A DNA stretch of 62,000 nt, from the NCBI GenBank assembly GCA_951406725.2, contig OX597814.1, forward strand, positions 169,342,001 to 169,404,000, in the 5' to 3' direction. The translations under genes and the position numbers were made by a program. Shown piece by piece: positions 25,282 through 38,089 of this stretch. This stretch comes from Octopus vulgaris. Its lineage: Eukaryota. Under the pieces are notes generated by a model. It had not been told where the DNA came from and did not search any database. It saw only the letters and a program-made list of their open reading frames with translations. Position 1 is the first letter of the stretch, and each line of letters starts with the position of its first letter.

Positions 25282-25827
25282 TCTGCCTTCTGATATACTG
25301 TTTACCTGTTTGTCTCCTGCAAGACTGTATGTAGGGCTGCCTTTAAGGACAAAAGAAGACTAAGGAAGACTGTAACACGGATTGGTGCTGAAACTTGAAC
25401 CGAATTTCTTTTGCAGCTGCTGTGACTTGGTTTGCTTATTCTGTATTGGTTTATTTTACCATCCTTGAGCCTGGAGAGTTGAAGCCCAGTGGTGACTAAA
25501 TGGTGAACCCTCATTTGTGAAGCCAAGGAAAGATGATGAGGGTGTTATTTGAAGGAAACTCGGTTGCTATGTCTAGCAGGTTGAAGGACCATGTAGAGGT
25601 TATCTTGTTAGGTAGAGCATATGAAATAATGGGAAGGGGGAATGTATTAGACAATGTAGTCCTAAATATACTATTTATATATCTGTCTATGCCTGTCTGT
25701 TTATCCATGTACCTGTCTGTCTATCTGTCTGTCCATCCATCTGTTCGTCTGTCCATCTTGCCATCCGTTCATCTGTCCATCCATCCATTTGTCTCTTCTC
25801 TGTGCTAAACTAATTTAAAAAAGAAAA

Positions 25828-26242
25828 GGTGATCTTTCGTCTCTAGTAGACCTTTCCGTCGATTTCCGTAAAAAAATTTCTTTTTTTTTACATATGGGTT
25901 GCGGGAACTTTTGAAGTAATGAGAGCGAAAGAGACTAAGAGAAAGCGATTGTATGACGAGGGAAGTTCTTTTGAAGTTACCGTGCATGGGAGCATTGATG
26001 TGTGTGTGTGTGTTTGATGGGGTGTGGGAGACAGACAGTATGTTGTGTAAGTGAAGTGCTTCTGTTAGTGTGTGTGAAGAGACAGAGTAATGTGTGAAAG
26101 AAAGAGATAACTGAAATTTTTTACTCGGTGTATGTGTATATGTATGTATATTACTTCAAAAGTTCCCGCAAGCCCATATGTAAAAAAAAAAATTTTTTTT
26201 ACGGAAATCGATGGAAAGGTCTACTAGAGACGAAAAATCGCC
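25828..26242. mobile_element. Long-TIR (about 92 bp) non-autonomous DNA transposon with 8-bp TSD
   Basis: 25828-25920 inverted vs 26150-26242; TSD AAAGAAAA at 25820-25827 and 26243-26250; GG terminus. Confidence 0.85.
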
Positions 26243-26551
26243 AAAGAAAAAAAAGGTTTGACTGATTGATTATATAAAATATCCAAAGCAAAAATTCAAA
26301 AGCCAGCACATGTGAGAAAAAGTATACCACGTCACCTTATATACAAAATTCACCACAATTACGGAGATGTACTTGCATAGCAAGTGACTTGATCTGAGAT
26401 CGTGCGCTGGAACAAAAACAATTGCTGCGTGGAAGTTGTTTATAAGCCATTTAAGAAATACACAAAACCGTTAGATTCACTTCAACATTCAAATTTAATT
26501 TGTCAAAATATTATCGTCGCTTTGAGATCGCGACCTGTTCACTGACAATTT

Positions 26552-26981
26552 TCTCTCTATATATAAACGGCAGTTTGTCTGTCTGTGTGTCTGTGTGGCT
26601 GTCAGGTTGTACCCTCACCCTGACCACGGCTTTCAACTGATTGTGATGAAACTTGACACACACATAGCCCAATGTCATAATTCAAAACTAACGCAGCGAA
26701 AATTTTGAAAAGTTCCCCCAGTTCTGAAAGAAATCGATAAATTCGACATGGGGTCAAGAATCTAAGCTTTTTATATGCAACACATTTTCTGTTGTAGTTT
26801 TCACAACTTGCAATCGGGAGACAGCTAGGAACATCATATACATAGAAGTATTCGAGTTAAGAGAAGACATTGCAACCTACACATGCGCCTTCGTTCCCTA
26901 GAGGGAAAGAACTAGATTGGGATTAGCCGTTGCCTACTAGGGGTTCTTACATACCCGGGCAACGCCGGGCTATGCTGCTAG
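26552..26981 (+). mobile_element. Non-autonomous Helitron
   Basis: 5' TC..TATATATAAAC, 3' hairpin CCCGG-GCAACG-CCGGG (26954-26969) and terminal CTAG followed by T. Confidence 0.8.
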
Positions 26982-27594
26982 TTTTTTATAAAATATGATA
27001 TCCTGATTTCCTTTCTCCCATCGTTCCGTCTTCTTTTCTTTGTTTGATTCTTTTCTTTTTTCCTTCTCTATTCATTTTCATTTTCTTACTTTTTCTTCCC
27101 TCTTCTTTCCTTCGGTTTTTCTTTCTTTTTCTTTTTTTCTTTTTTTTCATTCTTCCTCCCTGCTCTCTCACTCTTTTCGCTCTCACTTTTTTTTATTTCA
27201 TTTTATTTTACATTCCCTAAATATGTCACAACGTTCAATAGTTAGAATAGTAAACTTATTTGCATAATGGGCCATAATTAAATATTTACAACAAATGAAT
27301 ATAATTGTCTTTACTAAGATTACATAGGTTTCTGAATTTCACAGACGTTATAACGAAAACACAGACTCATTATGTTTTGTGCACTAGTTAACGATAGATC
27401 AATCAAGATAATTGATACTTTGTACTTGAAATGTTTTCTTTAGAAATGGTAAGATGGTCAAAATCTGTGACAGGTGAATGGCAAGCTTAGTAGATCATAA
27501 TGCAAATACCATGTGGTGTTTGGTTATGTTCCTTTGTTTTTTTTTTGTTCAAATCCCACTTAGATTTATTTTTACCCTTCATCCCAATTGAGGT

Positions 27595-27762
27595 CAATAA
27601 AATAAGTTCCTAGAAACTCACTTTGAAACCATGTGATTTCTGGTTCATTCCCACTGTGTGGTACCTTGGGCTTGTGTCTTCTATGATAGCATCTGATTGA
27701 CCACTGCCATGTGAGTGAATTTTATTGATGGAAACTGTGTGGAAGGCAGGCATACACATACA

Positions 27763-27794
<32 letters not shown>

Positions 27795-28646
27795 CATACA
27801 TGCACACACACATATAGGTGCAGGCATGGCTGTGTGGTAAGAAGCTTGCTTCCCCACCCACATGGTTTCAGGTTCAGTCCCACTGTGTGGCACCTTGGGC
27901 TAGTGTCTTCTACTACTGCTTCAAAGTGGATTTGGTAGACAGAAACTGAAAGAAGCCTATCAGGCTTCTTTCAGTTTCTTAAGACGGCAAGCTGGCAGAA
28001 ACGTTAGTGCGCTGGGTGAAATGCTTAGTGGTATTTTGTCTACCGTTATGTTCTGAGTTCGAATTCAGCTAAGGTTGACTTTGCCTTTCATCCTTTCGGG
28101 GTCGATAAATAAAGAACCAGTTTCACACTGGTTTGTCCCCTCTATGTTTAGCCCCTTGTGGGCAATAAAGAAATAAGAAACTGAAAGTAGCCTGTCTTAA
28201 TGTCTGCTTTCCATACGGGCATGGGTTGGATGGTTTGACTGAAAACTGGTAAGCTGCACCACATTTCAAGCTGATTTGGCATAGTTTCTACAGCTGAATG
28301 CCCTTCCTAACACTGACCACTCCAATAATGTAGTGGGTGCTTTTCATATGTCACCACCTCAGTGAGGTTTCCATGTGCCACCAGTTACAAAACACCAGCA
28401 TCAGCTACAACTATGATCTCACTTGGCTTGATAGTCCTTCTCAAGTATGGTATACTGCCAAAGGTCTCTGTTACTTGTCACTGCCTCTGTGAGGCCCAAA
28501 GTTCAAAGGGTTCTTTTTATGTGCCACTAGCATGGGTGCCAGGTACGTAACACTGGCATTGGCCACAACTATGATTTCACTTGTCTTGAGAGGTCTTCTG
28601 AAGCACACCATATCACCCAATGTTCGAAGGGTGCTTTTTATATGTG

Positions 28647-28685
<39 letters not shown>

Positions 28686-29275
28686 TTTTGTATACATATA
28701 TCTATGTATCTGTCTTTGTGCCCCCATTATCACTTGACAACCCGTGTTGGTATATTTACATCCCCATAATTTAGCAGTTTGGCAAAAGAGACCAATAGAA
28801 TAAGTACTAGGTTTAAAATGTAATTCATGGGGTCAATTTGTTTGACTAAAACCCTTCAAGGCAGTGCTCCTGCATGGCCACAGTCAAATGACTAAGACAG
28901 CTAAAAGAATAAATGAATAAAAGAATATATATATATATATATGTATATATCATCATCATCATCATCATCGTCATCATCTTATGTCTGTTGTCCATGCTGG
29001 TATGAGCTGGATTGTTCGACTGGGCTGGCATGCTGGAAAGCTGCACCAGGCTCCAGTCAGATTTGGCACGGTTTTCTAAAGCTGGATGCCCTTCCTAACA
29101 CTAGCCACTCCGAGAGTGTAATGGATGTTTTTATGTGCCACTGGCACCGGTGCCATTTACATAACTCTGGCATCTGCCACGACTGCAATTTTGCTCAGTT
29201 TGATGGGTCTTCTTCTCAAGTGCAACATAATACCTAAAGGTCTTGGTCATTGCCCTCCATAAGGCCCAACACTCA
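27595..29275. mobile_element. SINE cluster: family A pieces (27595-27960, 28620-28925, +), family B (27982-28180, +), RTE-tail family C (28200-28610, 28950-29275, -)
   Basis: Homology to the other copies listed. Confidence 0.8.
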
Positions 29276-30320
29276 AAAGACAGTGCTGGCTGTCTAATTA
29301 AGACACACTCCTTTTCTCGATTAAAGTGAATGTAAAAATCTACCAAAGGTATCATTTTAGATTGATCTTCCTATTTGTCAACCAACAAGGTATAAGTCTT
29401 AGGATGAAAGGTGGTACCTATGATCCTTACAGGGCCTCCAAGGTTTATGAAAGGGAAGGAGCCAGATATCCTCAAGCATGAACTTCACTAAAGTTTTTCA
29501 AGGTGACAAGTGGTGATTTTAAACCTGGCAATGGATTAAGTTTGTGACCCGAGTAGGCCTTGGTTGGATTAGAACACAGAGCACAAAGAGCTAGAACAAA
29601 TATCAAGGCATCTGGTCCTGAAGTTCTTCAGTTCTGCCATTCTTTTGAAGATGGTGTCCCAGCATGGCTACAGTCCAATGCTTGAAACAAGAAAACGATG
29701 AAAAATAAAACCTTGAATTGTATTTGTAAAAGTCTTCAGCCTATGATACCGCATGCTGCACACTTGTGCACTGCAGCACACTGTTTGAGAACCACTTCTC
29801 TAGACATCCATTGTGGCATGTGCAAGCCTATATTTTCCAGCTGGGGTTTCCCTCAACCTCAAGTTTATCCAACACATCTCTAGAACTTTTGCGAAACAGT
29901 GATAAATAAAGTAATTATATGTAAATGCATTTTGGTATTTAAATCTATATTCATAATTTTATTAAACACACACAGCAGAAGATCTAGATGTAGACCATGA
30001 ACAAGATGGTTGGATAATAACTTAAACTGATGGTGCTTTTTGAGAGGATCTTTTAAAGGCCTTGTTTACAAACTCTGTTCTCACAACCCTCACATGAAAA
30101 AGTGGGTAATGAAGAAGGATAGGTGAATGGACTAGCATGGAATATTCCTGACAGTAAGAAAATCCGGTATTGGTAGATAGTAAGATGACCCTACATGGAA
30201 AATTGCCTCTTGATAGAAAATTGTAAGGAAAATTATTTTAAATAAGTTCTTGAGTGAAGTGAAATTTCTGAAAGCATCTTGGTCATGTCTGATAGATAGA
30301 TTTAGGCTGCTGAACTTTTA

Positions 30321-30540
30321 CCCTTTGGCATTAGGATTCTTCAGTGAAATATAATGCTTATTCATTCACATTGTTTTAAATTAAGCATGCATTATCTTGT
30401 AGCTTCAAGATTTCGATGATATGATTGTTTGTTTTTAGACTGACATTGTAGGGTAGGTATGAGAAGCGAAAGCTGACCAGTTTGAGCATAAAACAGGCAG
30501 AATATTTGGGCCAGATATGGCTAGTTTAAATGCTAAAGAG
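30321..30540. mobile_element. piggyBac-like MITE (second family)
   Basis: CCCTTTGGCATT ... AATGCTAAAGAG followed by TTAA. Confidence 0.65.
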
Positions 30541-30637
30541 TTAAAGGCGAAAACAGTTTTATGATTCAATATCTCATGAAATTTAAAATTTATGAAAGAG
30601 AAAGAAAGAAAATGATTAATAAAGATATTATAATAAT

Positions 30638-31202
30638 TTTTATCTACGAATCCCTTAAGACATGGTATTGTATTTCAAGGGGTTTCCTAAGACAAAGTAT
30701 GTGGAATGCTGCCTTAGAAGGTGATATCCAAGCTTGGCAATAGTTGTGTGGCTTAAATCTGTAAAAGAGTGTTAATAACTAATAACCCATTTATGTTTGT
30801 ATACTCTTTTACTCTTTTACTTGTTTCAGTCATTTGACTGCGGCCATGCTGGAGCACCGCCTTTAATCGAGCAACTCGACCCCGGGACTTATTCTATTGT
30901 AAGCCCAGTACTTATTCTAGCGGTCTCTTTTGCCGAACCGCTAAGTAATGGGGACGTAAACACACCAGCTTCGCTTGTCAAGCAATGCTAGGGGGACAAA
31001 CACAGACACACAAACACGCATATATATATACATATATACGACGGGCTTCTTTCAGTTTCCGTCTACCAAATCCACTCACAAGGCTTTGGTCGGCCCGAGG
31101 CTATAGTAGAAGACACTTGCCCAAGGTGCCACGTAGTGGGACTGAACCCGGAACCATGTGGTTGGTAAACAAGCTACTTACCACACAGCCACTCCTGCGC
31201 CT
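30638..31202 (-). mobile_element. Young SINE family A (30802-31202) plus 164 bp of extra 3' sequence, bounded by a 23-bp direct repeat
   Basis: ATTAATAAAGATATTATAATAAT at 30615-30637 and 31203-31225. Confidence 0.8.
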
Positions 31203-31252
31203 ATTAATAAAGATATTATAATAATATATATACATTTTTTTCTAAAAAGTAG

Positions 31253-31938
31253 ATTGCCCATGTATTTATTTCAATTAATTTTCAATATAATGAGGAGTTC
31301 GGAAAGGTTAAGTAAAAAAAATATCTGTAATTTTATGTATTGGTTAAATATTGATCTATTGAAATCTCGGGTCATTGTTCCCTTAGTAATGAGATTTTGA
31401 TATTGATTTTAGAATGAATATGGTAACTTGAGTAATAGCTGACTCTGGTGTACTGAAATATACACACACAGCAAGAATGAAAATACTGTTTCAATTATGA
31501 GGTCTAGAAATAAGAATTAACCCTATCATGGTTAAATTGCCAAACTGCAAAAAAAAAAAAAAAAAAAAAAAACCCCAAAAAAACAGAAAATGAAAAAATG
31601 AAAAAATTATAACTGAAAAAGTTTCAATAGCTGTCACATAGTACAATAGCTTGCATGCAATAATGTTGTACAAATGTAAGGAATCCTTAGAGCTCATCTA
31701 AGCTTTCAATTTTGCAATTTTCTTTCCATAATAGCATATTATTTGAAGCGTTAAGAATTATTAACAATTGGTATAGTAGGTCTAAAAAAGGTGTTATTGC
31801 CAGGTATACAATCAAAAGTGTCAGTCTTTGATCATGTGGCAGAAACCGTTATAATTTTCATTTTTTTTTTCTTCATTATAGCACAAGGCTGAGCATTTTT
31901 GTGAAAGGATATACCAAAACCAATGATACAAATCTTCT
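31253..31938 (+). CDS. Three candidate symmetric phase-2 coding exons (31253-31306, 31735-31803, 31882-31938) of an unidentified gene
   Basis: T-rich AG acceptors, GT donors, lengths 54/69/57 nt, one open frame LPMYLFQLIFNIMRSSESILFEALRIINNWYSRSKKGVIASTRLSIFVKGYTKTNDTNL. Confidence 0.5.
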
Positions 31939-32321
31939 GTATGGATATTGCAAATCAGAATTACTTGAGTGCTGGAAAAAGTGCTTTGCTGTTATTCTTT
32001 TGGTGTTTTATAAACTGAGTTCAAATCCCACTGACATAAATTCTGCTTTTCATCTTTTTGGGGTCAAAAAAATAAAGTACCAGTTAAGTATTGGGGGTTC
32101 ATGGTACTGACTAGCCCTTCCTCCCTGCAAATTTGTTGCCATCTGCCTATATTAGAAACAACAAAAACAACAACTACTACCACCATCACCACCACCACTA
32201 CCACTGCTGCTGCCACTACCACCACCACCACCACCACTGCCATTGCCACTGCCACTGTTGCTGCTGCTACTACTGCTACCACCACCACCACCACCACCAC
32301 CATATATATATATATATATAT

Positions 32322-33290
32322 ATACATTATGTTTTCGTTTCTCATTGTGTTCAGCATTTTTTTTTTGATGTCCTGTACCCATATATGCATGTATATATAC
32401 ATATAGATGTAGGTATATACATATATGTATCTATATATATGCATATATCTATATATCATTTATATCATTATATGATCGAACACCACGCATCCTTTTCCAA
32501 GTAAGTTTTATCTTAATAATTATGATGCGCACTCTTCTTTACTATTTCTCCGGTCTATCTCTCTCCCTCTCTTGTTCTTCATCCTTTCTGTTTTTCTCTC
32601 CCACCCTTCTCTATTCTTCTCCTCTCCCCTTCACCGTTTCCTCTCTCTTACTCCTCCCCCCGACTCTCTCGTCACTGACACGTGATCAGAGGGAAGCCAT
32701 CTTTCCAACTGCTATCTTCACCAAGACCAGACCGTTTATCCTGTCTCTTATAATAAGCTGTCTCCTCAAGCATTCAGAATAATTTTTCCATCGTCTTGGC
32801 TTAACAGCCCTCATCATTTGTTTTTACCGTGTTATTCTCCTTGTCCTGTCTTTAACTGTTTTTACTTTTATTGTTTTTACTGTCTTGTTTTGTTCTTACT
32901 GTCCTGTTCTTGTTACCACTTTTACCCCTCCGCAAAAAATCCCAAATTTTATTTAATTTGCTTTGCGAGAAGGACTGTTTCAACGAAGTTACGTCTTGTC
33001 CTTACGTGAAGTAGATGAAACAGAGACAACTGAAGAAGGGGAATATTCCTTGTGTTGTATGTCTTGTACTCTGTTTTTTCGTTGTTTGAAAAAGTTTGTT
33101 TCCATGTTTTTGTTTTTATGTTTTCGTTTCTCATTGTGTTCAACGTTTTTTTGATGTCCTGTACCCATATATGCATGTATATATACATATATGTAGGTAT
33201 GTACGTATATGTCTGTATATATGGATATATTATATATTATTTATATTATTATATGATCAAATGCCACGCATCCTTTTCCAAGTAAGTTTT
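32322..33290 (+). mobile_element. Direct repeats of about 185 bp (32322-32510, 33114-33290) around a decayed, possibly Penelope-like 3' end
   Basis: Repeats visible directly; spacer has RDQRE..SE*FFHRLG-like translation and CTGAAGA plus a hairpin at 33030-33051; family assignment weak. Confidence 0.4.
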
Positions 33291-33476
33291 ATCTATATAT
33301 ATATATATGTGTGTGTGTGTACACACACACATGCACACATGCACACACACAAACACATACACACACACTCACACACACATATGTAATTTCTGAAGTAGCC
33401 TGCAGATTTTAACACTTCTACAGTTTAATATCTTATTGACTTTGTTTTCCTTCACTTCTGCTGCTAATATCTCTAG

Positions 33477-33548
33477 AAAAGACATGCTTGGTAATGCTTT
33501 TCCGGTCTTTCATCTTAGAAGAAGGATACATACTGTCATGTTAACCAG
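33477..33548 (+). CDS. Candidate phase-2 symmetric exon (KDMLGNAFPVFHLRRRIHTVMLT)
   Basis: Pyrimidine-rich acceptor CTCTAG, donor CAG/gtagat, 72 nt, in frame with the 31.2-31.9 kb chain. Confidence 0.5.
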
Positions 33549-34478
33549 GTAGATTAAAATTGCCATAGAGATTTATCATAACTCATTGAAGTCTTTCCCT
33601 ATTTGAGTGTTAATTCTGCATCTCAATGGGTTATGAACTAATCACAACTTCCATACTTTTGATACTCTTACCAATGAAGAAACTGGTAAAATACTCTCTG
33701 AAGACATTGGAACATTTGATGAATGACTGAGTACTGACTGAAAAATATCTACACATAATAAATACCGTGTTAATGCGTATCTCATCTGAGTTTGCTTTCA
33801 GTAACTCTCATTGTCAGTACTGACTGATGAGAGGTAATCTGCAGAAGATAATTGCATTAGTCATCCATTGATGGATTTGGTGTTATTAAATTAGAAGAAG
33901 TCATAATTGATTCGTCTATCCAAAAACACCTCTGTAGATTTATTCCCCAAAATCATTAGTGGCAAAGTACCAGTGGCATTTCAAAGATTCTTAGTTCTTG
34001 ATAACCCACTTTACCGAACTTTAAATAGGCATCTGTGGAATATGTAGAATTCTCTATTAAGTAGATATTGCTTGCTTTTCAATTAGGTAGAAACACCTAC
34101 TGTGTTGGTGAATAAATAGATGGAACTGCTGTGTTGCCAGAAAAATGAAAATAAAATTAGGCATTGACTGCAGTGAACTTCCAAAATGAGGACATCTGGA
34201 ATAATGGAGGTCCTAAGTTAATGGAAATAGTAGCCAAATTTTCCTCAAATCACATTTTGTTATTGTGAAAAAAGAACGCATTAGATGATGTAGTTCAAGA
34301 TACATTATGTCCGAGGAAGCCATTGGCTACATAATGTCATTATTCTGGATGTCATTATAATAGGAGTGCTAACCTAACAGAAATAGCAGCTAAATTTCCC
34401 TCAAATCACATTCTATTATCGTGGAAACAGAAGACTACATTTGGTGATGTAGCCTAAGAGCTGTAGGTTATTTAAGTT

Positions 34479-37400
34479 CATCATCATCATCATCATCATC
34501 ATTTAACGTCCGCTTTCCATGCTAGCATGGGTTGGACGGTTCAACTGGGGTCTGGGGAGCCCGAAGGCTGCACCAGGCCAGTCAGATCTGGCAGTGTTTC
34601 TACAGCTGGATGCCCTTCCTAACGCCAACCACTCCGAGAGTGTAGTGGGTGATTTTATGTGCCACCGACACAGGTGCCAGACGAGGCTGGCGAACGGCCA
34701 CGCTCGGATGGTGTTTTTATGTGCCACCGACACAGGTGCCAGACGAGGCTGGCGAACGGCCACGATCGGATGGTGTTTCTTACGTGCCCACAGCACGGAG
34801 GCCAGTCGATGCGGTACTGGCTACGGCCACGTTCGGATGGTTTTCTTGTGTGCCACTGGCACTGGTACCACAAAGATACAAATTACATTGATGTTCATCT
34901 ATTTTGATTTGATTTGATTTGATTTTCACTTGCCTCAACAGGTCTTCACAAGTGTCACAAGAAGGAAGGAAGGTATGCACAGGTGAACTGACAACGTCCC
35001 AGGTAGGGGCCACGGGTTATGGCCTGACTAGTCTTGCCGGGTCTTCGGATGATGTTTTTATGTGTCTCCGACACAGGTGCCAGATGGATGGTGTTTGTTA
35101 CGTGCCCACAGCACGGAGGCCAGTCGATGCGGTACTGGCTACGGCCACGTTCGGATGGTTTTCTTGTGTGCCACCGGCACTGGTACCATAAAGATACAAA
35201 TTCCATTGATGTTCATCTATTTTATTTTGATTTTCACTTTCACTTGCCTCAACAGGTCTTCACAAGTGTCACAAGAAGGAAGGTATGCACAGGTGGACTG
35301 ACTACGTCCCAGGTTGGGGCCACGGATTATGGCCTGACTAGTCTTGCCGGGTCTTCGGATGGTGTTTTTATGTGCCACCGACACAGGTGCCTAGTCTTGC
35401 CGGGTCTTCGGATGGTGTTTTTATGTGCCACCGACACAGGTGCCGGATGAGGCTGGCGAACGGCCACGATCGGATGGTGTTTGTTACGTGCCCACAGCAC
35501 GGAGGCCAGTCGATGCAGTACTGGCTACGGCCACGTTCGGATGGTTTTCTTGTGTGCCACCGGCACTGGTACCACAAAGATACAAATTCCATTGATATTC
35601 ATCTATTTCGATTTGTTTTGATTTTTTTGATTTTCACTTGCCTCAACAGGTCTTCACAAGTGTCACAAGAAGGGAGGTATGCACAGGTGAACTGACTACG
35701 TCCCAGGTAGGGGCCACGGGTTATGGCCTGACTAGTCTTGCCGGGTCTTCGGATGGTGTCTTTATGTGCCACCGACACAGGTGCCAGATGAGGCTGGCGA
35801 ACGGCCACGATCGGATGGTGTTTGCTATGTGCCCACAGCACGGAGGCCAGTCGATGCGGTACTGGCTACGGCCACGTTCGGATGGTTTTCTTGTGTGCCA
35901 CCGGCACTGGTAACAAAGATACAAATTCCATTGATGATCATCTATTTTATTTTGATTTTCACTTTCACTTGCCTCAACAGGTCTTCACAAGTGTCACACG
36001 AAGGAAGGTATGCACAGGTGGACTGACTACGTCCCAGGTAGGGGCCACGGGTTATGGCCTGACTACTCTTGCCGGGTCTTCTCATGCACAGCATACTTCC
36101 ATAGGTCTCGGTCTCTAGTCATTTCCTTGGTGAGACCTAAAGTTCGAAGGTCGTGCTTCACCACCTCGTCCCAGGTTTTCCTGGGTCTACCTCTTCCACA
36201 GGTTCCCTCAACTGCTAGTGTGTAGCACTTTTGCACACAACTATCTACAGCCATTCTCATCACATGACCATACCAGCGCAGCCGTCTCTCTTGCACACCA
36301 CAATTGACGCTTCTTAGGTTCAACTTTTCTCTCAAGGTACTTACACTCTGACGATTATGAACACTGACATTACACATCCATCGGAGCATACTGGCTTCAT
36401 TTCTTGCAAACTTACGCATATCCTCAGCAGTCACGGCCCATGTTTCACTACCATGTAGCATGGCTGTACGTACACATGCATCATACAGTCTGCCTTTTAC
36501 TCTGAGCGAGAGGCCTTTTGTCACCAGCAGGGGTAAGAGCTCTCTAAACTTTGCCCAAGCTATTCTTACTCTAGCAGTTACACTTTCAGCACACCCACCC
36601 CCGCTACTGACTTGGTCTCCTAGGTAGCGGAAGCTATCAACTACTTCTAGTTTGTCTCCCTGGAACGTGGTAGAAGTTGGTCTCTGCACATTTCCAGTGT
36701 TTATTGCTCCTGAGCATCTGCCACAGACAAAAACTATTTTCCTAGTTAGCCTTCCTTTGACATTGCTGAACCTCTTATGTGTCCATAGCTTACACTTGGT
36801 GCACCTTATAGAGTTTCTACCTACACCTTTTTTACAGATCGAGCAGGGCCATCTACCTGAAGTCGTTTGTGATTGGTCCACCTTCCTACTTATTAGGACT
36901 TTGGTTTTGGCTAGGTTGATTCTAAGGCCCTTCGATTCTAATCCTTGTTTCCACACCTGAAACTTCTCCTCCAGTTCTGATAGTGACTCAGTAATTAGAG
37001 CAAGGTCGTCAGCATAGAGGAGCTCCCAGGGGCATCCTGTCTTGAATTCCTCCGTTATTGCCTGGAGGACTATGATAAATAGGAGGGGACTGAGGACTGA
37101 ACCTTGGTGGACCCCAACCTCTACCCGGAATTCTTCACTGTACTCGTTGCCAACCCTCACCTTACTAGCAGCGTCTCTGTACATGGCTTGCACAGCTCTC
37201 ACTAACCATTCATCTATCCCTAGTTTTCTCATTGACCACCAGATAAGGGATCGGGGGACCCTGTCAAAGGCTTTCTCCAAGTCAACAAAAGCCAGGTACA
37301 AGGGCTTGTCTTTGGCTAGGTATTTCTCCTGCAGCTGTCTTACCAGGAATATAGCATCAGTAGTACTTTTCCCTGGCACGAACCCAAACTGCATATCATC

Positions 37401-37921
37401 TAAGCTAACACTCTCTCTAATTAGTTGGGCTATAACCCTCTCCGTAACCTTCATTACCTGATCCAGCAGCTTGATGCCTCTGTAGTTATTTGTATCTAGG
37501 GCGTCGCCTTTACCTTTGTAGCAGTTGACTATTATGCTGCTACACCAGTCATTGGGTATGACTCCCTCGTGTATCACCTGGTTAACTATACGGGTGACTA
37601 AGCTATAGCCGACACCACCAGATATTTTGAGCATCTCTGCAGTAATTCCTGATGGGCCTGGGGCTTTCCCTGTTTTCATGCTTCTAATTGCCTTATCTAC
37701 TAAGGAACTGTTAACTCGGATTGCTGGTCCCTCTGTTGGGTCGACATTCGGCAGACTCTCTTTATCCCATTCATTTTCTTCATTCAGCAACCTTTCATAG
37801 TGGCGTCTCCAAGCCTCTCTCTTTGCATCCTCATTTAGTGCAAGTGAACCGTCATCCTTGCGAACACACTTCTCTCCTACCACGTCACAGTTCTCTCTCA
37901 CACACTGTCTTGCAACACGAA
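34479..37921 (-). mobile_element. Young 5'-truncated RTE-clade LINE with an amplified 3' UTR and (GAT)n tail
   Basis: RT ORF to 36063, four tandem UTR units 34660-36080, tail shared with family C SINEs, (CAT)n at 34479-34501. Confidence 0.95.
36063..37921 (-). CDS. RTE-type reverse transcriptase without the APE endonuclease, containing an internal PHD-like Cys/His finger
   Basis: Motifs KAPGPSG, NYRGIKLL, QFGFVPGKSTTDAIF, FVDLEKAFDRV, GVHQGSVLSP, YADD, RLRWYGHVMRM, RGRPRKTW; no stops or frameshifts. The listed Met at 37994 lies in flanking DNA. Confidence 0.93.
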
Positions 37922-38089
37922 ATGAAGAATAAAAATATTCTGCTGATCTGAATAAAGAAATTTTTGCTGGAACATGGGGCAGGTCAAGTGACAACTAGGC
38001 TTACATAAGGATAATGATGGTATTGTAGTTGATGGTGGTGGTGGTGGTGGTGTGATGGTGGTGAAAGCGATGAGGATGATAATGATGAT

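Noticed and set aside
25330-25660. LINE endonuclease-like fragment on the minus strand
   Set aside because: No diagnostic motif could be confirmed
33030-33056. Complete hammerhead at CTGAAGA plus hairpin
   Set aside because: GAAA and stem III are absent
34660-36080. Overlapping ORFs in the LINE 3' UTR array, and an HDV-like ribozyme there
   Set aside because: The ORFs are by-products of GC-rich repeats; hairpins GGCCA/TGGCC and CTAC/GTAG exist but the nested double-pseudoknot order of HDV ribozymes was not found
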